A stretch of 64,000 nt of DNA from contig CM114271.1 in the NCBI GenBank assembly GCA_050084515.1, positions 26,908,001 to 26,972,000 of the forward strand, in the 5' to 3' direction. This document shows positions 19,969 through 33,156 of this stretch, piece after piece. Position numbers and translations under genes: made by a program. The notes beneath the pieces were generated by a model. It was not told where the DNA came from, did not search any database, and saw only the letters and a program-made list of their open reading frames with translations. Source of the DNA: Blasia pusilla (taxonomy: Eukaryota). Numbering within the stretch: the first letter of the stretch is position 1; every line of letters begins with the position of its first letter.

Positions 19969-21141
19969 GGCAGTTGGTGGGGAGATTTAGTTGCCTCTCC
20001 CTCCCCTACCCTACTTGGATGGACCCATCACCATGGAACCAAAGAAGTTTGCCTTGATGTGGAAAAATCTCAGGAGTATGCAGAAACTCCTCATCTCTCT
20101 TTGAGGTTGCATCTAATGGCATAAATCTCAGTAAGGGAGTGAGATGACAACCGAAGCAACTCAATCACAGGGTTCCTTTCTAGGTACATTCTACCCAGTT
20201 TTGTCCCGAATAGGACTCCGAAGGGTAGAACGATTCCAAAAGGTTTGTGAGAATTTTCAGTAGAAATGTTGGTCGAAGGTGTAAAATACTATTGCGCTTC
20301 AGTTACGAACTAGATTTTCATGTGCAATGCTAAAAATGGTGCCGTAGAATTAGAGGTTTTAAGTAGGCCGTAGTAAATGGTTCAAATTTTTATGTCCCAT
20401 TTGCTACATACACATCTTTGTATGTAAGCATGACAACTGCTCTGCAAACTAGCAACGTTAGTGATTACATTCTCTAGTTTTTGACAAATTTTTTTGGTTG
20501 AGGATAACTCATTTCACTCCACATTTGAAATTCATATTTGGAAAGAGTCTTAGTGCTTCGCCACACTGATTGACCAGTGCAAAATCATGTCATGCTCTTT
20601 TGTATTGTCATGAAATATATCAATGTGGATGGCTATGATGGTTCACAAGTGCTAGTCTTATATCCTTTCCTTGTTTATTGCTTAGTTGGAGAGGTGGGTT
20701 CATTATCACTCTCTTCTATGACCATAGCCACTTTATGTTGAAACCAATCCCCAAAAGCGTCTAAGGAAATGCACTACTATCTCATGTAGAAATTGAGGCA
20801 AGAAACGTTTTTGAAGTAAATTGCAGATAATTAACCAACAATGGAACAAATTATGGGACAAATAATCTGGAACTATGCGATCTAATATATGAGAAATTGG
20901 ATAAATTTGATTGTCCAACATCATGATTGATAATTGACCACTTCTATCTCATGTACTTAATCCAATGATGGTACACAAAGGTAAACTATTGAGATATGTT
21001 GTCCACTATAAATGACTAGTAAAATATCCAAGCTATGTGCGGAGTTCAAAATGAGAACTTCATACTAAAATGAAAGACAATGTATTTCACATTCGTCCCT
21101 CCACTTTCTTGTCACATTACCTATCCTAAGATATAAAAATA

Positions 21142-21170
21142 ACTAGTTGGTGCTCGTGCGACGCATAGAT
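21142..21170 (-). mobile_element. Helitron-like 3' terminus
   Basis: Minus strand reads ctatgcgtcgcacgag-caccaa-CTAG|t: an imperfect GC hairpin just before CTAG followed by T. Confidence 0.5.
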
Positions 21171-24100
21171 GAAATTTGGATTACTACTCATATCGATTCG
21201 GTCAACTAACTCTCATCGTTGGTTTTTGGCCATCGAATACATTATGGGAAGGGTTATTTACCGAGTTTGAGGCCTAACAAAAAAGACTTGCAAGCATTTT
21301 TACGAAGAATATGAAAATCGAATGGGAAGACCAAGAAGATCAAGAAAGGAGAGGAAAGGATCAAGCAGATCGTCAAAGAAAGCAAACATGTCCTGACGAG
21401 GCAAGTGGTTCGCAAGGTTTACAAACACCGTGGGTGTATTGAGTGTATGTGTCATTGAAGGAAGTACTACCTTGTGGAGCCCAATCATCCAATAGATCTA
21501 ATATGGATAGCTCGTCTCAACAAAAAAGCAGGCACCTTGTTTCTACCATTCCTCTTTCTCACAAGGAATAGAATGGGATCTCTCTCAGTGCAACTTCCTT
21601 CATAGTTGCAGAGCCCCAACGGCTTGCCTTTGCAAAAGGTTTCTCATTCTATGCCTTACTTATCCCTAGTATGTGCTAGTGATAGAAATGCAAGAGCGGT
21701 GACAATAGGACCACAAAGAACCAATTAATAGCCCGCTCCTCTCTCTCTGGGGAAGCCGGTGAAAGGCTTCACTATAAACACTCTCAATTTCTCTGCCGGA
21801 TTGAAGACAAACACTAATTGCTAATATACATGTTAGAGTTATAATATAAGCATTGTCTCCCTCTAGAGATTCCTCATTGGCTTTGGTTTGCCAAGTACCA
21901 ATGATCTTCACGATCTAATCCCTTTCAAGTATTTAGATAGAGGACGAAGTTCCTCTGGTGTGATCTAAGATTGCCAAAAAATTATTAATAATCACGAATT
22001 CAGAATTAATCAAACACAATTCACATACAATCTGATTTGTGAGCCACACCACCAAATACGAACAAGATCCAAATTATGGCGGGCATACGGAGGCCACTCT
22101 CGTAAAATGGAGATAGTTCTCTCTCCATTTGAGTTCGAATCACTGCGATATCATCTGGGGTGAAGACAATGCATCCTAATGAGGCGCGCCCACATAAAGA
22201 CCAGAGAAGGTACATGGGCTCATGGACACAAAACTCCACGTAGGAATTGCAAGAGGAATCAGACTTAACATATACAACACGAATGATTTAAGAGAGACAA
22301 TTCGATAGAGTTATTTACCTGTACCGCCAACCTCATAACCACTTCACCCTTGGTTTGACACAAAATCCACCTCCTCTTTGTTTGGTAGCAAGATCACAAG
22401 AATTCATCCGGACTCTTCCTAGCTTTGCATGCAGAGCTTTGGTAACTCAACAAGATTTTTGTTCCTGCTCGTCCCGTGCTCCGCCACATACAACGTCCCT
22501 AAATGTGGCTCCTCTTTCCCCATTTTATCAAAGACTGGACGGTTACTATTTCCAAAGTTAGACAAATGTGTGTGGATGGCAGTTCAAGTGCAATGTTGCT
22601 TTCACAAGTGTCTCAACATTCAAAAAAAATCCACTGTCGTTGAAGCAAGTGTTCCTGCTATTTTTGAAGGAACCTTCCTTTTAAAGGAGGGATTCAGTTC
22701 GGGAGGGGAGCTACTAAACAAAGTAACACCCCTCTCCTCACATTACAGTATAGATGTACGGTAATGAAAAACACATTGTATGTTGATTGATGTTGCAGAA
22801 TATATTCGAGCTCCATCCAAACACACGAGTTGTTTGAGCAAAGGTACAACTTAGCCTGCTCCGATTCCATTTTCTCTCTCCTTTGGAATGCTTTTTTTCG
22901 TATATTAGACGGTAAGGTGCATCTTGACAAAGCTACATTCGAAAAGGAAGCGGCACGCCCCTTTGGAAATTTTAAGAAATTGGAACTGATGGTAACATCT
23001 TAAAGCCCTTGAAAAATACACGGAAAGAGGAGGAGGTTTTTCTCCTCTGTTAATAATATAGATGATGCGGGAGGGATATGGAAATGAAAAGTTTATGACT
23101 CATGAGGGAAAAGTAGACACAAATAGCAAAAGACACAATGTCAGTCAAGGGCTAAAATGATTTTGTTGCAGAAAGGAGAAAGCTATTGGTTATTTACAAA
23201 TAAGCAATAGACATTACCAATGGCTTATTCTTATTGTTCCATTGTCCTTGGACCTTTTAGTATGTGGAATCTGAGACACCAAGTCTATACCCACAACATC
23301 ACCTAATAGAGAAATGTCATCTTTGGAAATAAAAAGATCAACTTATCAACAAGAGCTTGACAAGTCAAATTGCATGATGAGATGGGTGACTACCTACCAT
23401 TTTAACTTGACATATCAACTGCTTGTGCTCATTGAAAATCATTGAGATGCATTGTCAAAAATAAATATTATCAATGGCATAGAAGGAGTATTGGAAGGGG
23501 GGAGTTGATAATTCTCAATGGTTTATATGTTTCCAAAGACATAGGTAAATGTCCAAAGATTTTCATTGCATAAGGCATAATACAATTGCTTGCATGTCTA
23601 GCACATAACTTAGCTCCTTGATTCTTACTGCCCCATTACTCTCATAGATTTTAGCATGTGCAACCTAACACATCAAGTCAACACCCACCATATAACCTAA
23701 TAGAGAGAAATCACCTTGGGAAGTCATAACTAGGTTAACTTATCGACGAGAGTTTGCTTATGTAGTAGAAGGTATGGCATGTAGTTGCTCTTGCCCGATA
23801 ATAATGTATTTTGCAGTAAGAGCCACTAATGCACTTTCTTCTCTGTTAGAAATTTTGCAAACTTATACTTTTTAGAAGATGAAAGGAAAGAATTAAGAGG
23901 ATTTGAAGTATGTGTGAGAAGAGCTTGAATAGATCTTGGTTGGTCATGGAACAATAGATTCCTTTTCTCAATGGGTCACATGATCCATCAAGATATGTCC
24001 ATCTCTAAAGACATGTACATATTGGTCATAATAGGGTTGATCAAAGCCCAACTCCCAAAAAAAGTTGCTAGTGCCAATGTGACTTTCGAGAAAATCCGTG

Positions 24101-24282
24101 TACCTCCAAAGAAATAGATAAGATAGCTTTTCGTCAAGCCAAGACACCATCATCTCCATCAAAAGTATTAGCACCAAGAAGTTGAGCAAATGTTATCATG
24201 ATGGAAGTGTTCAAAGAGGCTACTAGTGTAATAATTTTGAGGTGCATGGGAGAACCAGATCGAAGAAGATAGGAAGGATATT

Positions 24283-25679
24283 TGTCACATCTTATTTTGA
24301 CGTAGATAGAGTTCTATCGCGTCGACAACATAGAGAGTCAACATACTGTTTAGGTATAACTTCGTACCGAGATGTCGGGATGGATTTTTGGGAGGAGACA
24401 TTTTCTTATCGGCCAGGGTGGCGATTAGGTGGAGGATGGGTGAGCCATATACCGGTGTTGTTTGCATGGAGTAGTGGTGGTCGACCACGTGAGGATATGG
24501 TGACCACCTTGGCAACATTCACACGTGGTGTTAGCTGATTAGGAGGGTTCGGAGAGAGGGGCCCACATGCGGAGGACATTCCCGACGTTGATAGTCGCAC
24601 GGAGAGACATGCTAGGGTGGGTGTCTCTTCCCATGGTGAGGAGCTTCTTTATTGTTGTGGGGGACGAGCGTTAAGATGCGTGGAGTGGAGACGAGCTCGT
24701 GAGGCATGTGTGGAGCCGTGTCTATGTTTGGAGTAGGGTATGAGGGTGTTTGATCTCTTCGGAGGGATCAACACGGCGGATTGCTGCAGTGTAGCAGTGT
24801 TGCCAGGATGACGGCATCGACGGTGTTAGATGTGTATAGGATAGGAGATCATGTCGGGGACATATGTGTGTGCTATTTGGAGTTAGGGGGACTCAACTTC
24901 CAGCTAAGGGGGCGGTTGTGGGGTCCCTTTGTATATGTGTGAGTATGTTTCATTTATGTATGGATCCCGTATATTAGGGAAGATCGGTGTTGTGTGATAT
25001 GTAGATGTGACCAGCGATATGGGTTGTGTAGCAATGTGTATGCGCACGACAGTTGTCACATCTTATTTCGATGTAGGTAGAGTTCTATCGCGTTGACGAC
25101 ATAGAGAGTCAGTGGGCTGTTCAGGTGTAACTTTTTACCAAGATTTTGGATGAGGTTGGCGACAGGTATGTTGTGTGGGGAACGTGGTTCATGGCTATTT
25201 CCCTATTTTGGTTTTAGTCCGTCAGGTAACTCGTTGACCAAGTCAACGGTCACCCAATAACCTATGTATGCAGGTTACCATTGGTAGGCTATTTTTGGGG
25301 AAAGAGCCTTTTGGCTCTTCCCAAGGATATAAGAGTGAGGAAGATGGCTTTCCCAAGCCATCTTTCTCATGTTGAGCCTTAGGAGCGCCTCTCTTGCGTA
25401 GATGTGTGTGGGTGTGTAGGAGTTAGGGTGCTAGCATCCGGATTCCCTCATAGTCGAGGGTGGATGTGGTTCGATATGTCGATGTAGATTCATGAGTGGA
25501 GTTTTAGGCCGAGTGAGCTTTTTTACTACTCTTGATTTTGTTGTGGGGTCCCTTTGTATATGCATGAGTATGTTTAATTTTTGTGTGGATCTACCCGTAT
25601 GTTGGGGAAGATCAGTGTTGTGTGGTATGTAGATGTGACCAGCGATGTGGGTTGTGTAGCAATATGTATGCACACGACA
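24283..25679 (+). mobile_element. Internally deleted retroelement (family 2) with split direct repeats A1'-internal-B1-A2-B2
   Basis: Starts TGTC (24283) and ends GACA (25679). A1' 24283-~24380 matches A2, which starts at 25054. B1 24915-25051 matches B2 25540-25679. The internal remnant encodes MDFWEETFSYRPGW (post-protease region) and GMRVFDLFGGINT (methyltransferase motif I). No TSD is recognisable. Confidence 0.85.
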
Positions 25680-26299
25680 TGTAGGAGAAAAAAATGGGAG
25701 AGAATTCCATAATCAACTTGGAAATCCTCTAGGTGAGGAATAGATCGAGCTATTCTATATATCTTTTGCCTCTTCCAAGAACTTGGATAGATAGTCTATA
25801 AAGCTAATTGGGAAAATAGGAACTCGAACTCCTTTCATGGAGATGATAAAATCAAGAGTAGATGAGATGAATGTTGAGGACAGGCATAAAGGAGACCATA
25901 GATAATATTTATTAAGATGGAATTGAAGGTTTAAGATAGATAATTGCTCCAAAAAATATGTAAAAGCAAGAACCACTTTAGAGGGAGTGCCTATAGTGTG
26001 GACATTATCAACGTCCAATGGATGGAAATACTCGTGTTGATGCCACAAGGGAACTTGGAAAAAAGTGGGCAACCTGTGGAATCACCTTGATGCGTGCCAT
26101 ATGGTGATTGGAAAATATAGTATACACACATAGATATATATATGTGTGCATACCTTACATTGAGAGATAAAGCAACTTATTAAGTCTGCTAGATAACGCA
26201 ATCATGGACATGCTAGAAAACCATGCTGACTACTAATAAGCAAAGAGTGTAAAGAAACCTCTTCTAAAAAGTTGAAAACCTCCAAGTCAAGTTTTAAGT

Positions 26300-28100
26300 A
26301 AAGATCCATTGTAAAGTCTTACATAAGATGATGTATAACCACTTACAAGCAGGGTAAAAAGCTTCTAAGAGTGCTGATGTACCTACACTTTGAACTTCAC
26401 AGGAGAGAGGTCCCATGCTGGAGTCACATGTGAAAACTTACAAATTTTCCCCCAAAGTAGGCTCTGTCAAAGATGTTGTAGTATTGAATAATTGAAAGCC
26501 TATCATGATTGCCACGTAGAGTGGGATGAGCTGTTGCTAAGGCCTTTGCTTGAGGTAAATACTCATTTTGAAGATTCTTTCCATCGCCAAACATAAAGCA
26601 TTGAATGTGTGCAAGGAGGTTTTACAATGACCTATGACAACTCCCCTTAGAGAGAAAACTTAAACTCATTGGGGAACGAACTAGGGGAGTTCAATCGTCT
26701 ATTTGCTTATAATATATGTTGAGAGGATAAAAAGGTATTTTTACTTGAAAATTTCAAAAATTTATTGAAAGCAGGATGCTAAGGTATGGAGTTTCCAGAA
26801 ATTTACACACTGATAGGTTAGGAAGGTCATTTTATAAAAAGAATTTTTTGAGGTGTAAGATAGGGTTTTGGGGGAGTCGATCACATAAATATATGGATAT
26901 AATTCTATTAATTTTTTATTCCCCCAAAAATTGAACACACATAAAGAAAAAATATCTTTACAAGCTAGTCCCAAAGCGTCTTCTTCATCTTGGGACATCA
27001 ATTTTTTCCACCACTGGATTGAAGTAAAACTTTGTGGGCTTGGGTCTACTAATAGAATCTTGAACTAGAGTACCAGGGATTAGATTAAACATCAAAGACC
27101 CTATTTGAAAATTTCCATTTTCAATTTGACCTCTCTAGGGGGAATTTTAGCATTGCACACAGACAATGTTTGTGTCCGTAGACTGGTGCTCATGTAGGTG
27201 CAAACGCACGTAATGGTGCATTGGGGCCCATGCTGCCTGCATCTGATCTGAGGAAGTTTGAGAAAAAAGTCAATCTTTTATTTACATCCATACGCAACTC
27301 GGTAATTACATTCGATTTCCTTAACTAAAAACCTAGTCTATGATCTCTTCTGCTTCATTATCTACAAAAATATTCCTAACTCTTTCAGACGGCTCCTCTT
27401 GACAATTGATGGGGATTGAGAAAGAAGGGGATCTTGAGAGTCTTATTTCCCTGGATGCATCATATCCGTTCCATATGATCCTAATTAGATATGTCCCAAT
27501 ACATGCCTTGACAAGTAGTCTTGTATGCTCCGCAAAGTGACACCCATCCAGAATAAACATTGCTTCCCCCGCTTGAAACCACTAGTGCCCAACTCCAAAA
27601 CGCTTCTAAAACCAAGTCACTTACTCGTCATCAAAGTGCTCTTCCTAAAACATTGTCGACTTTGTTATCCCGATTTTTGGAATGATAGGGAGTAGCAATG
27701 GTGTCACCACCGATGGCTCTGTTCGAACTGTCTTTTGCAATGGAGGTGACTTGTAAACTCCAAGTTGTCTCTCGTAGTTTGCCTCAACCTCCTAGCACGT
27801 ACCAAATAGCTTCCTCCTTGACTCTAGGCAAAGGATGTTTCTTCCGCTTTTCCAGATGACTCTAACACTCGTCCCTCATAGCCGCTTGAATGTTGGCGGC
27901 GGGAACCTGGGCCTGCATGGACATATCCAGAAAAATGAACTTTGTTTGTGTGCAACCTTAGTTTTAGAAACCCCTTGAAAATATGTAAGAAGGGGTATTG
28001 GAATAGGGTCCTGCACTCACATACCCTTGGGTCCCTCTTGAATAGTGACCTCAAACCTCCCCTTCGGAAGAAGTAATAACAAATATCAAGCATTGACACA
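26300..28100. mobile_element. Highly degenerate retroelement-like remnants
   Basis: Only short peptide fragments reminiscent of pol (e.g. GFLKLRLHTNKVHF on the minus strand); many stops. Confidence 0.3.
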
Positions 28101-31100
28101 AAGCAATAGGAATAGGTATGTACAGTTTAGGATGAGGGAGACTATCCCAACCCGCATAACCAAAGTGTGTTAATGTAGAACATTAGACCTCTACACGGCT
28201 CACACTAGGATAAGATTTAGTAGAATATTTGGTTTTTTGGTTTCCACATAGGTAAGAAAAATAGGTATCATGTTAATAATGGGATATCCAAGAAGCAAAT
28301 TGGAATTAAATCACGGACATAGGATGGACTAAGAGGTTGGCATTGGAATTTTCACATCAATCCAAGTTCACATAGTCCAATCTTGGATGCTATAACCTTG
28401 GATATTGATATGCCTAAGGCTTAATATTGTCATTTTGAGTTCTGGTTAGAAACTCATTTGAGGTCCGTTGGGCAATTGGAACCACTAGGCACACTTGTGT
28501 TGTTTCTAGTCCTTAGATTATTAAGATAATGTGTCTCAAGTCTTGAATGACTTGCATGTATATGGGGGGGAAGGGTAGGTTAGTATTTGATCCTATCTAG
28601 CTAGATCTATTGAACTTAAAAAGAGACACGAGACCTAGACTCGAGTGATGAAAGGCTTATTGATCCAAACATGGCTTATGTGAGTTTGTTTGGTAGAGAT
28701 CAGTAATAAGAGTACTCTACCACACGCAAGCTTTTGAAATCTACAAGATCGGCATTCAAGATAGTAGATGCATGACAAAGATCAAGTTGGAAAGAATGAA
28801 CGACATAAATTTTACTTAACCATGTCTAAGCGGATGTTGTAGTGATGGTTATATGGAGGGGTATTGGGCGAGGAATTTAAGGCCCATGCTTGAATCAAAA
28901 ATACTGGTGATATCTTTTAATTATCTTGTAGGACCAAAAGCTTCACTATAAGGTATTCTATGAATCTTAGACATATTTAGAAGAAGGAGAGTTTTAAAGG
29001 GAAGAGGTGTTGATGGAAGAAAATGTGGGCATTGTGGGGATAAGTAGGTTGGGAAAGGAGGAGGAAGACGAAGGATTAGAGTAGAAAAGATGGGAATTGT
29101 AATTGAAAGTAGAAAATATGGAGTTTTAAGCAAGGGTTTAAATGAAATTTGGAGGAGGATGACAAAATAATAAGATTCCCTAGTAATTAATGGATCGAGA
29201 TTATGATGAGTTGGAAGAACTGGAGAGGGGATAAGAGAAGAATAGGGAAGAAATATAAAGAGTATAATGGATGTATGAGTAATTGAAGGAAATTGGAGAC
29301 ATCTACAATGAGTCAATGAGGAATGGGACATAGGGGAGAGGTTACAATTGAAGGAGAGTATGTCAAATGAGATAAGGGAGGAGATGGATTGTCCAAATCT
29401 ATGCCTATAGAACCAAATATAGGCTTGTTATGTAAGATAAGTGAGAATAAAACAAATTTTTGGTGGATTTTTTTTTTAACAAAATATGTAGGCTAGGGTG
29501 GTAATTAAAAGGAAATGAATGGGGAGGGAAAAAATAATTAAAAAATTTATTGAGAAGAAATCAAAATATTCATACGTGAAGAAAATGTTGGATTGGAGTG
29601 AAGCTAGGAATGGAGAGTAAGTCCAAACTATGCAATAGATAAAAAAAACTACTAATACATCTCATCAGGGAGTGTAATGTAAGGTTAAAAATACTACGAC
29701 AAAAGAAAAGAGCATTGGATCGGAGTAGAGAGGAGTATAAGTGCAGAGGATAAAAATATTAGCATTACACGAGGTTAACAAATTATAGTGTGAAGGTTGG
29801 AGGGGATAGTAATTTTGTAAGTGAAGGAGTGGAAGCCAATGGAATCCATGAAGTACAGGAGGTCAAGAGCATCAAATGCACACGATCTGAGGAACATATC
29901 CCCATTTAATCTGATGGATCTCCAATTCCAATCCAATTTTGCAAGCTTTACAGTTTGAATTGAGATACGTCCCTTGAAAATAAATGCGCACGTCATCATG
30001 AGTAGAGAAACTGAATATTCTAGGCTATTGGTAGGGGCCATACTGAACCATAATGATATGAAGGTATTACAATAAGAGCCATAATAATGGGAGAGGGATC
30101 TATCCATAGCATATTTAGATGGGGAGAATTATAGTTAGACAAAGGAAAATTTATGATTGAAGATCATTTCAAGTAGAATCAAAAGTAATTGAACTTGAGA
30201 AATGGAGAAGAGATATATGGTATCAAAACAAGTGGCTCAAGAATATGAATCTAGAATACCCTTAAGGAGATAGCAAAGGTAGGCTAGGGCCTAGTAGTGA
30301 GATAAAGTGTTGAGAAAGTCGTATGAGAGGAATTACCAAAAAAACTCTGGTAAGAAAAAGGCTCCAACATAGAAGGAATAATAAATAGAAAAGCCACTAA
30401 GTTTGAAAAAAAATCAACTAGCCAAAATAATCATAACCATACCAAATAAACCAAAAACCAAAAATCAAGGAGAAAGCTAGGGAGAAGGTAACGTAGGAAA
30501 TTGGAATATGGAATCATCGAAAAGGAGGACGTAAGAAGAAAGTGAAGCCATCCACTGATAATTAACATGAAGGGATAATGTCGTAATATTAGGCCTAGCA
30601 TGTATCAAAAGATTGAGAAAAGCAAGAGGAGAAAAGGATAAATAGAAAAGAGAACGAGCCAAAGTTCAAGCTTGAAGAGATGAACAAATTAAGTATAAGA
30701 TTGAAAAGATTAGATTAAGAATGGAGCAAAACACGTAATCATCGTCCATGTTCTCCTCATACCCCTTCTCCCTTTAAAAGTAATAGGCATATGCATGCAC
30801 ACTAAACAGACTCTCTTAAAGTTCACTTACAAGTTTGAAGACAATTTTTTTTCCAAAAATACCTCATCCATTCCTAAAAAATTGACTTGCTGGAAAGAAA
30901 AATATATGGTCGTAACGTAGATACTTCAATAATTGTGCTTGATGAGGAAAGAAAAGGGACACTTACTCATGAAGTGTCTCTTTTAGTTCCTCTCTAATAG
31001 TTGAGTTGGTACAAATCCATCATTGTATCACCTCAATATATGGATTTCCTACGTATTAGGAAAATATATCATCCCTTTCGGGATTTGGGACACTTTCCTT

Positions 31101-33156
31101 GAGATGTTGCGTTGGAACAACTGCATAAGCAAATTCTTCTATGGTTTGGACCTACTCACATTTCATTTCTTCCAAAACCCAGACATCGGTTGCTAACCTA
31201 AGGAGACTCTCTCATTGCCTTTGGTCAAGCGTCTCTTACATCTATAATCACATATAATCCAACGACTAGTTTTATCTCTTTTTCATAGTAGCTAATATCT
31301 CTTTGAACTTCCCAAAAGAGTGTTACGTCTTTATCCACAACCCTATGGTAAAAATGGATTTGGAGATCTCTATCTACGGAAGTGATCTGAAAATTGCATC
31401 ATATGTAATGAATCCCCTTCACCATGAGGTTTCTTGTCATGCAACTCCGCTATCTCACTTTAACCTTATTTCGGGGGCAAACTAGTGTAGAAGAGAATAT
31501 CCTCATTCAATTTCCCTTCTTCAACTAATAGCTCAAATGGTCATTTGGAAGAAAAATCCTAGCTCTAACATTTTGAAAGTACCCAAACAAAGAAGATTTG
31601 GTTACAATGTAGTATTCCGACGAATATAAAGGAAACGTGTAGTAAAGGGTGAAGGAATCTAGAATTTTATGTTTACAACAAACTAGAATTGGCTGATTGA
31701 AAATTTGTCACCTTAATATAAAACAGATTTGAAAGAGAATGTAGAATCAACAACATCCATGGATGATAAAATCAAATCTTTACATTCTCCATGCTCTTCC
31801 TTGGTGGATCGTGTAGGTCTACCACAATTCAAATGTGTAAATTGACTCCACTCCAACTATTACACACCTCAACATTATTTTAGGGTTGAATAAGGAAAAA
31901 TATACAAAAGAGAAGCATAGAGGCATATACTTTGGAATGCATATGCCTCCATACATTGGAATCTATAGAAAGCATGTTGGGGATGAAACAAGTTGAAAAG
32001 ATGAACATGTCAATAGCATAAGCTATAAACCGTTGATTTGAGAGGAGGGAGATATGGTTGTGGTGAACTTCTAGCAAACACATAAGTAGAACAACTAATA
32101 AACTGACGTGTGATTCTGGCGAACTTCTTAGGACCGGGTCCTATGGGGCCGAGGTCGCCAGGACCCGACCCCAATGTTCCGAATCTTTCTTGATCGGACG
32201 GATAGCATCCATGGGACCCCAACGTAATTCGCACCGTCAAAACACAAGGCACAAAGTTTGCAACCATATTACCACCTATTTCCAACTGACAAGGAGATAA
32301 CACGGTTGTTGTACGACGATCGCAACGACCCCGACTATGACTTGGCCGCATGGGACCGAGTCGTAAGTGCAATGTCAATCATACCATAATCAAACTCTAC
32401 ATTATATGAGAATGTGTGCATCACTACTAGAGCACTACTTGTTTTGTAAGTTTGTCACTCCACCTCAACTAAAGTCTGTCAAACCGATGTGAGGCAAGCA
32501 TTTTGTATTTTTGGTAATTGATAATGGTACGAAGAGAAGTGGATCTGCCTCTCTTATGGCCTCTTTCATTTCCAGACCTCGAAACGCCAAACGAGAAGGG
32601 TGCATTCTTCCAAGCCATGAAAGTTCGAGGCACGGATGAACCAGTTAACGACTTCCAACTGAATTGATATGTAGCATGCACACGCTTGACGAGTAAGAAC
32701 GAGATTCGGTAGTCTCATGATTGGAGTGTAATAATCAACCCAAGAAAGGTATAGACACTATGGACTTCAGCTCCATGTCTCTGTACATTACTGGAACTGT
32801 ACCGCAATGAAGATTAACAAAAATGTACATTATTTGTCGTGGGGAAAAGCCACCACCCTGATAGCAGTTCATAGACAAAGCAAGCCAAAGTTGCGTTTTT
32901 CGCAGAGGAACGAATTTGAAGCACTGCAGCAGATCTTCCAAGTCTGAAATGTGGGACGGTCGATATCGAGCTGCAGGTACAAGCTTAAGCATTGACTAAG
33001 ATGGATGGACGGATGGATGGATGGGGGAGGAATAGACGCTGGGACAGAAGGAGACGAAGTTCTGCTCTGCCAGGAGATGTCGACAATTGAAAGAGTGCAA
33101 GAGATGGATTTCTGTAGCGAGTGCAACATGTGGATGCATCTGGAGAAGAATTGAGC

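Noticed and set aside
24279-25683. TSD for the family-2 element
   Set aside because: Left flank tatt and right flank tgta do not match.
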